Assembly (NCBI GenBank): GCA_038496445.1
Contig: JALMLS010000447.1
Location: forward strand, 124,001-188,000
Origin: Trichosphaerium sp. ATCC 40318
Taxonomy: Eukaryota; Protista; Tubulinea
Direction of reading: 5' to 3'
DNA: 64,000 bases
The notes beneath the pieces were generated by a model that worked only from the letters and a program-made list of their open reading frames with translations, searched no databases and was not told where the DNA came from. Every line of letters starts with the position of its first letter. Within the stretch, counting starts at the first letter, position 1. This document shows positions 53,801 through 64,000 of this stretch, one piece after another. A program made the translations under genes and the position numbers.

Positions 53801-56800
53801 AATACACGGTTACCAACACTCACTGGTTGATCGATAAATCCAAAGTCAATTGTAACATCGCTTATGCCAGTAGCAGGGGACGTCTGTTGCACAAGTTAGA
53901 AGTTAAGTAAAAAATAATAAAAGACTTACTATCATAACACAAGAAGCACGGTCATTCATGCCATCTCCATCAAGATCAATCATTGTTTCAGAACCATCAG
54001 AGTCGATGGTGTCATCTCCACCAAAGTTGGCAGTGATTGGATCTTGGGTTGCTGGGATTTGAGCACATACTTGGTAGTCTGTGTCTGGAAGTAGACCATC
54101 ACCAGTTGAGAACATGTAGTTGCCCATTGGGTTGGTCATTGTACTGGCAATTTCAACATCCATTGAGTCGAAGAGTACAACGAGTACATTATCAATTGGA
54201 GTGTCACCAGCGTCTAAAAAATAGAGTTAGCGCTTATGAAGTATTTCTTGAATGATAGTACCTTGAACATTATCTCCATTTTCATCAATAAAGACAAAGT
54301 CACCGATGAATTGCATTGGTGTATTGATACCAAAGTCATTATCGAGGTCAGAGTTACCAATGGTTGGGCTTGTCTGTAAAATGGTCAGCATGTAAGACAG
54401 CTAATAAAGATTGGTAACATACGATATCAACACATGAAGCGCGATCAGGAGTGCCATCACCATCTACATCGACCATTTGAAGAGATCCATCAGAGTCAAG
54501 GGTATCATCTCCTCCGATATCAGCAGTGACAGGTGTTTCAGTGCTTAAAACGAGAACACAGATCGTGTATTGAGTTGAAGGCATAACACCATCAGCTGTA
54601 TCGAAAGAGTACATGCCCATGTTATCTGTAGTTTCTCTATCGATAACCATGCCGTTACCTGTGTCTGTGATTGATACATCTCTGTTTACAACAGGCATAT
54701 CTCCAGCACCTTAAAATACAATGTTAATACTTGTGATATTTAAAAACTTTATAAGCTCACTTTGAGTGTTGTCACCGTCCACGTCAAAGAAGACAAAGTC
54801 TCCAATGTTGACAGTAAGTGGTACAAAACCGAAATCATAGGTAGGGTTCATCATGTTGATTGAAGGTGAGGTCTAAACAATTATAAATAATCAAAGTCTA
54901 CAAACAAAAAAAAACATGACATACGAAATCAACGCAAGATACACGTTCAGCCATGCCACTTCCAATATCGACCATACGTTCGTCACCATCAGAGTCGATG
55001 GTGTCGTCCATACCAGCTCCAGTGGCTGTTGGGTCGTTACCTGCTGGAACTTGAGCGCAAATGGTGTACATCGTGTCAGGTAATAGGCCATCTGTTTCAT
55101 CAAAACCATAGATACCACTCATGTCTGTCACATCTGTTGCAATAACTGTTCCACCTTGGATAAGTGCAACAGTTATACCGTTGATACCAGTTTCGCCAGT
55201 TGAGAGACCATCATTATCAGAGTCGGTAAACACAAGGTCTCCAACAGATACGGTACCAGCAACAATACCAAAATCGATTGTGTCGTCTGTACCACCTCCA
55301 TTTGGAGAGGTGATATCAACACATGAGGCGCGCTCTGGAGTACCATCGCCATCAAAGTCAAAGGTAGTTATTGTACCGTCTGAGTCAGTGGCTGCAGTAC
55401 CCATTCCTGTTTGAGCAGGAAGGTCAAGAACGTCAAGTTCAACACAGATGGTGTAATCCGTGTTTGGTACAAGACCATCTGTTTCGTCGAAAGTGTATTC
55501 ACCGTTCATGTCGGTAACATCAGTGGCGATAGGAGTGACGTCATTGCGAAGGGTAATCACAACTGTTCTTCCTGGTACGTCTGCGTCGCCACCATCTTGT
55601 ACACCGTCGTTGTTGTTGTCCATGAATACACGGTTTCCAATTGTGACAGGTTGATCAACGAAACCAAAATCAATTGTAATATCGTTGACACCAGCGTTAG
55701 GTGATGTCTGTAAAGATGACAGAGTTAGAAAGTTTCTGAGTTTAACAAAAAGGTTACATGACGTACAATCATAACACATGAAGCACGATCAGGAGTGCCA
55801 TCACCATCAAGATCAATCATTAGTTCAGAACCATCAGAGTCGATGGTGTCATCTCCGCCGAAGTTGGCAGTGATTGGATCTTGGTTTGTTGGAACTAAGG
55901 CACATACTCGGTAGTCTGTGTCTGGTAGTAGACCATCACCAGTTGAGAACATGTAGTTGCCCATTGGATTGGTCATTGTGTTGGCAACTTCAACGTCCAT
56001 TGAGTCGAAAAGTACGACAAGTACGTTTTCGATTAGAATGTCTGTACCGTCTATTGTAACGTAATGTAAGTACTTAACAGATAAATATAAAAAAGTAAGG
56101 TTACCTTGAACATTGTCTCCATTATCATCAACAAAGACAAAGTCACCAATAAATTGCATTGGTGTAACAATACCGAAGTCGTTGTCATTATCAGTATTGC
56201 CAAGTGTTGGACTCATCTAGATGATAACCATTAGACATGTATATACGAATAGTTTAGACGTACAACATCAACACATGAAGCGCGATCAGGAGTGCCATCA
56301 CCATCGACATCAAACATTTGAAGAGATCCATCAGAGTCAAGGGTATCATCTCCTCCAAAATCAGCAGTAACAGGTGTTTCAGTACTTAAGATGAGTACAC
56401 AGATCGTGTACTGAGTTGAAGGCATAACACCATCAGAAGTATCAAAAGAGTACATGCCCATGTTGTCTGTGGTTTCTCTATCGATAACCATGCCGTTGCC
56501 TGTGTCTGTGATTGACACATCTCTGTTTACAACAGGAATATCTCCAATTCCTTAAAATAACGTGTAAGAAAAGTGACTTTTTGAAATACACGTGAAGAAA
56601 CACGTGTTGAATTTTTATCATACCTTGAACATTATCACCGTTATCGAAGAAGACAAAGTCACCAATGATAACAGTTTGTGGTACAAATCCGAAATCGTAA
56701 TTAGGATTCATCATGTTTACAGATGGAGAAGTCTACAAGAGTTAATACTAGAATTTTTTCGCATGTTTTAAAAAAGCAACGTACAAAGTCAACGCAAGAT

Positions 56801-59800
56801 ACACGATCATCCATACCATCTACATCAATATCGACAGTACGTTCGTCACCATCAGAATCAATGGTATTGTCCATACCAGCGCCAGTGGCTGTTGGGTCTG
56901 TATTTGCTGGAACAAGAGCACAAATGGTGTACATTGTATCAGGTTCAAGACCATCTGTTTCATCAAAACCATAGATACCACTCATATCTGTTGTATCTGT
57001 TGCAACAACAGCTCCACCTTGGATAAGTGCAACAAGTACACCATTGATTCCGGTTTCACCAGTTGAAAGACCATCATTGTCAGAGTCGGTAAACACAAGG
57101 TCTCCAACAGATACGGTACCAGCGACAATACCAAAGTCAATTGTATCATCAGTATTACCAGCGGTTGGAGAGGTGATGTCAACACAAGAAGCACGATCAG
57201 GAGTGCCATCGCCATCAAAGTCAAAGGTAGTTATTGTACCGTCTGAGTCAGTGGCAGCAGTACCCATTCCTGTTTGTGCAGGGACATCGAGAGCTTCGAG
57301 TTCAACACAGATGGTATAATCCGTGTTTGGAATTAAACCATCAGATGTGTCGAAAGTGTATTCGCCGTTCATGTCAGTGACATCGGTAGCGACAGGAGTG
57401 ACGTCATTGCGAAGGGTAATCACAACTGTTCTTCCTGGTACGTCTGCGTCACCACCATCTTGTATGCCATCATTGTTGTCATCTCTGAATACACGGTTTC
57501 CGACAGTGACTGTTTGATCGATAAATCCAAAGTCAATTGTCAAATCATTAACACCAACATTAGGTGACGTCTTATAAAATGTTAGTGAAAAAAAACCTTT
57601 AAATTAACGTACAATCATAATACATGAAGCACGATCAGGGGTGCCATCTCCATCAAGATCAATCATTAGTTCAGAACCATCAGAGTCAATGGTATCGTCT
57701 CCGCCGAAGTTGGCAGTGATTGGGTCTTGGTTTGCTGGGACTAAGGCGCAGACTCGGTAGTCTGTGTCTGGAAGTACGCCATCGGTAGTTGTGAACATGT
57801 AGTTGCCCATTACATTGGTCATTGTGTTGGCAACTTCAACATCCATTGAATCGAAAAGTACAACAAGCACATTTTCAATTGGATTGTCTCCACCATCTTG
57901 TGTAATATTAATCAAAATATTTCATACTATTTTGTAATTTCATACCTTGAACGTTATCTCCATTTTCATCAATAAAGACAAAGTCACCGAGGAATTGATT
58001 TGGTGTATTAATACCAAAATCATTATCGAGGTCAGAGTTGCCAAGTGCTGGACTCATCTGTTCAAACGTGGTTAGTAAAAATCTTGTAGTGTTTTATTGA
58101 GCGTACGATATCAACACATGAAGCGCGATCAGGAGTGCCATCACCATCTACATCGACCATTTGAAGAGATCCATCAGAGTCAAGGGTATCATCTCCACCG
58201 ATATCAGCAGTAACAGGTGTTTCAGTGCTCAAAACGAGAACACAGATCGTGTATTGAGTTGAAGGCATAACACCATCAGCTGTATCAAAAGAGTACATGC
58301 CCATGTTGTCTGTAGTTTCTCTATCGATAACCATGCCGTTGCCTGTGTCTGTGATTGATACATCTCTGTTTACAACAGGCATATCTCCAGCACCTTAGAA
58401 TAAAAAGTTAGAAAATAACGAATACATGATGAAACAAAGGCGTACTTTGGGTGTTGTCACTGTCCAAGTCGAAGAAAACGAAGTCTCCGATGTTGACAGT
58501 GAGTGTAACAACAAAACCGAAATCATAGTCAGGGTTCATCATGTTGATTGAAGGTGAGGTCTAATACAAATTTTAGAATAATATTATAAGGATATTGTAA
58601 AAGTGAACGTATTGAGAAATTTCAAAAAGCAACGTACAAAGTCAACACAAGATACACGTTCAGCCATGCCACTTCCAATATCGACCATACGTTCGTCACC
58701 ATCAGAATCAATGGTGTCATCCATACCAGCGCCAGTGGCTGTTGGGTCTGTATTTGCTGGAACTTGAGCACAAATGGTGTACATTGTGTCAGGTAATAGG
58801 CCATCTGTTTCATCAAAACCATAGATACCACTCATATCTGTCATATCTGTTGCGACAACAGTTCCACCTTGGATAAGTACAACAGTTATACCGTTGATAC
58901 CAGTTTCGCCAGTTGAGAGACCATCATTATCAGAGTCGGTAAACACAAGGTCTCCAACAGATACGGTACCAGCAACAATACCAAAGTCAATTGTATCGTC
59001 TGTAGCACCTCCATTTGGAGAGGTGATATCAACACATGAGGCACGCTCTGGAGTACCATCGCCATCAAAGTCGAATGTAGTTATTGTACCGTCTGAGTCA
59101 GTGGCAGCTGTACCCATTCCTGTTTGAGCAGGAACATCAAGAACGTCAAGTTCAATACAGATGGTGTAATCCGTGTTTGGTACAAGACCATCTGTTTCGT
59201 CGAAAGTGTATTCGCCGTTCATGTCAGTGACATCGGTAGCGACAGGAGTGACATCATTGCGAAGGGTAATCACAACTGTTCTGCCTGGTACGTCTGCGTC
59301 ACCACCGTCTTGTATACCGTCATTGTTGTTGTCCATGAATACACGGTTACCGACGCTGACTGGTTGATTGACAAATCCAAAGTCAATTGTCAAATCATTA
59401 ACACCAGCGTTAGGTGAAGTCTTTATCATAAAAGTTAGAAAAGTGTCCAAGAATTATTTTCAAATTATCAACGTACAATCATAACACAAGAAGCACGATC
59501 ATCCATGCCATCTCCATCAAGGTCAATCATTAGTTCAGCACCATCAGAGTCAATGGTATCATCTCCACCAAAGTTGGCAGTGATTGGATCTTGGTTTGCT
59601 GGGACTTGGGCACAGACTCGGTAGTCTGTGTCTGGAAGCAATCCATCGGTTGTAGAGAACATGTAGTTGCCCATTGCGTTGGTCATTGTATTGGCAACTT
59701 CAACGTCCATTGAATCGAAGAGTACGACAAGTACGTTGTTAATTTCAGTGTCGCCACCATCTGTAAAAAGTAGAGTAAGAAAAGGGAAAGTGATTTTTTA

Positions 59801-62800
59801 AACTAAGACAGCATAGCAAAAAAAATAGTACCTTGAACATTATCTCCATTTTCATCAATAAAGACAAAATCACCAATAAATTGAGCTGGTGTATTAATAC
59901 CAAAGTCGTTGTCGAGGTCTGAGTTGCCAAGTGTTGGACTCATCTAGAGGAAATAGTGTTAGAAAGTCACCCAAACAGTTGTAGACATACGATATCAACA
60001 CAAGAAGCGCGATCAGGAGTGCCATCACCATCAACGTCGACCATTTGAAGAGATCCATCAGAGTCGATGGTATCATCTCCTCCAAAATCAGCAGTGACAG
60101 GTGCCTCAGTGCTTAAAACGAGAACACAGATCGTGTATTGAGTTGAAGGCATAACACCATCAGCAGTATCGAAAGAGTACATGCCCATGTTATCTGTGGT
60201 TTCTCTATCGATAACCATGCCGTTACCTGTGTCGGTGATTGATACATCTCTGTTTACAACAGGCATATCTCCAGCACCTTAAAATACAACGGTAAGTACT
60301 TAAATAACAAAGTAAAAGTTGAAGGCATACTTTGAGTGTTGTCACTGTCCAAGTCAAAGAAGACAAAGTCTCCAATATTGACAGTCAAAGGTACAAAACC
60401 GAAATCATAGTCAATATTCATCATATTGATTGAAGGTGAGGTCTAAAGAACAGGAAGCATAAGTAAAAAGAGAAAAGTTGGTACAACGCAGAAACGTACA
60501 AAGTCGACGCAAGATACACGTTCAGCCATGCCACCTCCAATATCAACCATACGTTCGTCACCATCAGAGTCGATGGTGTCGTCCATACCAGCGCCAGTGG
60601 CTGTTGGGTCTGTATTTGCTGGAACTTGAGCACAAATGGTGTACATTGTGTCAGGTAATAGGCCATCTGTTTCATCAAAACCATAGATACCACTCATATC
60701 AGTCATATCTGTTGCGACAACAGCTCCACCTTGGATAAGTACAACAGTTATACCGTTGATACCAGTTTCGCCAGTTGAGAGACCATCGTTATCAGAGTCG
60801 GTAAAGACAAGGTCTCCAACTGAAACAGTACCAGCGACAATACCAAAGTCAATTGTATCGTCTGTAGCACCACCATTTGGAGAGGTGATGTCAACACATG
60901 AGGCACGTTCAGGAGTACCATCGCCATCAAAGTCGAATGTAGTTATTGTACCATCTGAGTCAGTGGCAGCTGTACCCATTCCTGTTTGAGCAGGGACATC
61001 AAGAACGTCAAGTTCAATACAGATGGTGTAATCCGTGTTTGGCACAAGACCATCTGTTTCATCGAAAGTGTATTCGCCGTTCATGTCAGTGACATCGGTA
61101 GCGATAGGAGTGACATCATTGCGAAGGGTAATCACAACTGTTCTTCCTGGTACGTCTGCGTCACCACCGTCTTGTATACCGTCATTGTTGTTGTCCATGA
61201 ATACACGGTTACCGATGCTGACTGGTTGATTGACAAATCCAAAGTCAATTGTCAAATCATTAACACCAGCGTTAGGTGAAGTCTTTATCATAAAAGTTAG
61301 AAAAAGTGTGCGATAATTATTTTTCAAATTATCAACGTACAATCATAACACATGAAGCACGGTCAGGAGTGCCATCTCCGTCAAGATCAATCATTAGTTC
61401 AGAACCATCAGAGTCAATGGTATCATCTCCACCAGAGTTGGCAGTGATTGGATCTTGGTTTGCTGGTACTTGGGCACATACTCGGTAGTCTGTGTCTGGA
61501 AGCAATCCATCGGTTGTAGAGAACATGTAGTTGCCCATTACATTGGTCATTGTATTGGCAACTTCAACGTCCATTGAGTCGAAAAGTACGACAAGTACGT
61601 TGTTAATTTCAGTGTCGCCACCATCTGTAAAAAGTAGAGTAAGAAAAGGGAAAGTGATTCTTTAAACTGAGACAGCATAGCAAAAAAATAGTACCTTGAA
61701 CGTTGTCTCCATTTACATCAATAAAGACAAAGTCACCGATAAATTGAGCTGGCGTGTTGATACCAAAATCATTATCGAGGTCAGAGTTGCCAAGTGTTGG
61801 ACTCATCTGTTGTGAATGTGGTTAGTAAAAATCGTAGTATTTTATATTGAGCGTACGATATCAACACATGAAGCACGATCAGGAGTGCCATCACCATCTA
61901 CATCGACCATTTGAAGAGATCCATCAGAGTCAATGGTATCATCTCCTCCAAAATCAGCAGTGACAGGTGCTTCAGTGCTCAAAACGAGAACACAGATCGT
62001 GTATTGAGTTGAAGGCATAACACCATCAGCTGTATCGAAAGAGTACATGCCCATGTTGTCTGTAGTTTCTCTATCGATAACCATGCCGTTACCTGTGTCT
62101 GTGATTGAAACATCTCTGTTTACAACAGGCATATCTCCAGCACCTTAAAATACAACGGTAAGTACTTAAATAACAAAGTAAAAGTTGGAGGCATACTTTG
62201 AGTGTTGTCACTGTCCAAGTCAAAGAAAACGAGGTCTCCGATGTTGACAGTGAGTGTAACAACAAAACCGAAATCATAGTCAATATTCATCATATTGATT
62301 GAAGGTGAGGTCTAAAGAACAGGAAGCATGAGTAAATATAGAAAAGTTGGTACAACACAGAAACGTACAAAGTCAACGCAAGATACACGTTCGGCCATGC
62401 CACCTCCAATATCGACCATACGTTCATCACCATCAGAATCAATGGTGTCATCCATACCAGCGCCAGTGGCTGTTGGGTCTGTATTTGCTGGAACTTGAGC
62501 ACAAATGGTGTACATTGTGTCAGGTAATAGGCCATCTGTTTCGTCAAAACCATAGATACCACTCATGTCTGTCATATCTGTTGCGATAACTGTTCCACCT
62601 TGGATCAGTGCAACAGTTATGCCGTTGATACCAGTTTCGCCAATTGAAAGACCATTGTTATTAGAGTCGGTAAACACAAGGTCTCCAACTGAAACAGTAC
62701 CAGCGACGATACCAAAGTCAATGGTATCGTCTGTAGTACCACCATTTGGAGAGGTGATATCAACACATGAGGCACGCTCTGGAGTACCATCGCCATCAAA

Positions 62801-64000
62801 GTCAAAGGTAGTTATTGTACCGTCTGAGTCGGTGGCTGCTGTACCCATTCCTGTTTGTGCAGGGACATCAAGAACGTCAAGTTCAATACAAATGGTATAA
62901 TCTGTGTTTGGCACAAGACCATCTGTTTCATCGAAAGTGTATTCGCCGTTCATGTCGGTGACATCGGTAGCGATAGGAGTGACATCATTGCGAAGGGTAA
63001 TCACAACTGTTCTTCCTGGTACGTCTGCGTCACCACCGTCTTGTATACCGTCATTGTTGTTGTCCATGAATACACGGTTTCCAACACTGACTGGTTGATT
63101 GACAAATCCAAAGTCAATTGTCAAGTCATTAACACCAGCATTAGGTGAGGTCTTTATCATAAAAGTTAGAGAAAGTTCAAGAATTATTTTCAAATTATCA
63201 ACGTACAATCATAACACATGAAGCACGGTCAGGAGTGCCATCTCCATCAAGATCAATCATTAGTTCAGCGCCATCAGAGTCAATGGTATCATCTCCACCA
63301 GAGTTGGCAGTGATTGGATCTTGGTTTGTTGGTACTTGGGCACATACTCGGTAGTCTGTGTCTGGAAGTAATCCATCGGTTGTAGAGAACATGTAGTTGC
63401 CCATTGCGTTGGTCATTGTGTTGGCAACTTCAACGTCCATTGAGTCGAAAAGTACGACAAGTACGTTGTTAATTTCAGTGTCGCCTCCATCTGTAAAAAG
63501 TAGAGTAAGAAAAGGGAAAGTGATTCTTTTAACTAAGACAGACGAAAAAATGATAAGATCAAGAAATAGTACCTTGAACGTTGTCTCCATTTTCATCAAC
63601 AAAGACAAAGTCACCAATAAATTGAGCTGGTGCATTGATAATACCAAAATCGATTGTATCGTCAGTGCCACCACCATTTGGAGAGGTGATGTCAGCACAT
63701 GAGGCGCGCTCTGGAGTACCATCGCCATCAAAGTCGAAAGTAGTTATTGTACCATCAGAATCAGTAGCTGCGGTACCCATTCCTGTTTGAGCAGGAAGGT
63801 CAAGAACGTCGAGTTCAATACAAATGGTGTAATCTGTGTTTGGAATTAAACCATCTGTTTCGTCGAAAGTGTATTCGCCGTTCATGTTGGTTACATCGGT
63901 AGCGATAGGAGTGACGTCATTGCGAAGGGTAATCACAACTGTTCTTCCTGGTACATCTGCGTCACCGCCATCTTGAATACCATCGTTGTTGTTGTCCATG
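32846..64000 (-). CDS. Giant SdrD B-like repeat protein (~62 domains in the window, roughly 7,500-8,000 aa, 5' end outside the window) with a C-terminal GDPH VWD/Root-cap/ITIH-C-like domain
   Basis: Each ~120-130 aa unit follows the SdrD B pattern (I/V)GD(R/F)VFxDx(D/N)xDGxQ...V.L....TTTD.NG.Y.F...P.T.Y.IC...T....G.DD.IDSDG...TIDFG. Short introns fall at recurring positions. The C-terminus reads ISGDPHFVGFNGQKF|DFHAFPDKYYAIISD...TYMGQIG...PH|GVLGQT...GVIDGKWEDYVV...FKFSKY, stop at 32846. Confidence 0.9.
33717..33728 (-). other. GD|PH putative autocatalytic Asp-Pro cleavage site
   Basis: Codons gga gat cct cac at the start of the terminal domain. The same motif is cleaved in mucin VWD domains, RGM proteins and ITIH heavy chains (DPHF). 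Confidence 0.7.
44480..64000 (-). repeat. Intragenic tandem array: ~10 copies of a ~1.85 kb four-domain unit (A-B-C-D)
   Basis: The A-domain MDNNNDG marker recurs at ~46301, 48237, 50109, 51954, 53799, 55623, 57488 (variant), 59337, 61199, 63067 and 63999. Confidence 0.95.

Noticed and set aside
34551-63702. Many plus-strand and alternative-frame ORFs
   Set aside because: They are antisense or shifted-frame shadows of the repetitive minus-strand gene.
44480-64000. CRISPR array or satellite
   Set aside because: The period is ~1.85 kb, the repeats are coding with synonymous variation, and the variable parts are GT-AG introns.
32846-64000. Bacterial contaminant, or a cluster of small separate adhesin genes
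   Set aside because: The frame breaks I examined coincide with canonical introns at conserved positions; there are no intergenic gaps or internal signal peptides.

Overview
AT-rich eukaryotic DNA with many short spliceosomal introns, probably from a protist; amoebozoan origin is only a guess. The ORF track splits almost every real gene, so I rebuilt gene models by hand from splice sites. (1) 1-15119: an inverted duplication of at least 4 kb (arms 1-~4093 and ~11150-15119). Each arm carries a ~13-exon gene for a secreted reprolysin/ADAM-type (M12B) zinc metalloprotease fused to a ricin-B lectin. The right copy ends in a GPI-type tail; the left copy lacks it. The ~7 kb spacer holds a CheD/CNF1-like Cys-His hydrolase candidate, an alpha-tubulin pseudogene fragment and an F-box gene. 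(2) 14.7-32.5 kb: F-box genes and fragments, a decaying F-box-like/MORN-variant repeat gene within a second, older inverted duplication, a GT61 glycosyltransferase and two poorly defined multi-exon genes. (3) 32846 to beyond 64000, minus strand: one giant, intron-rich gene with ~62 bacterial-type SdrD B-like domains (a 4-domain unit repeated ~10 times). It ends in a GDPH-containing VWD/Root-cap/ITIH-C-like domain and has no membrane anchor, so it may be a self-cleaving, self-anchoring giant surface protein. The hexamer CACGTG is strongly over-represented, mostly in non-coding DNA.
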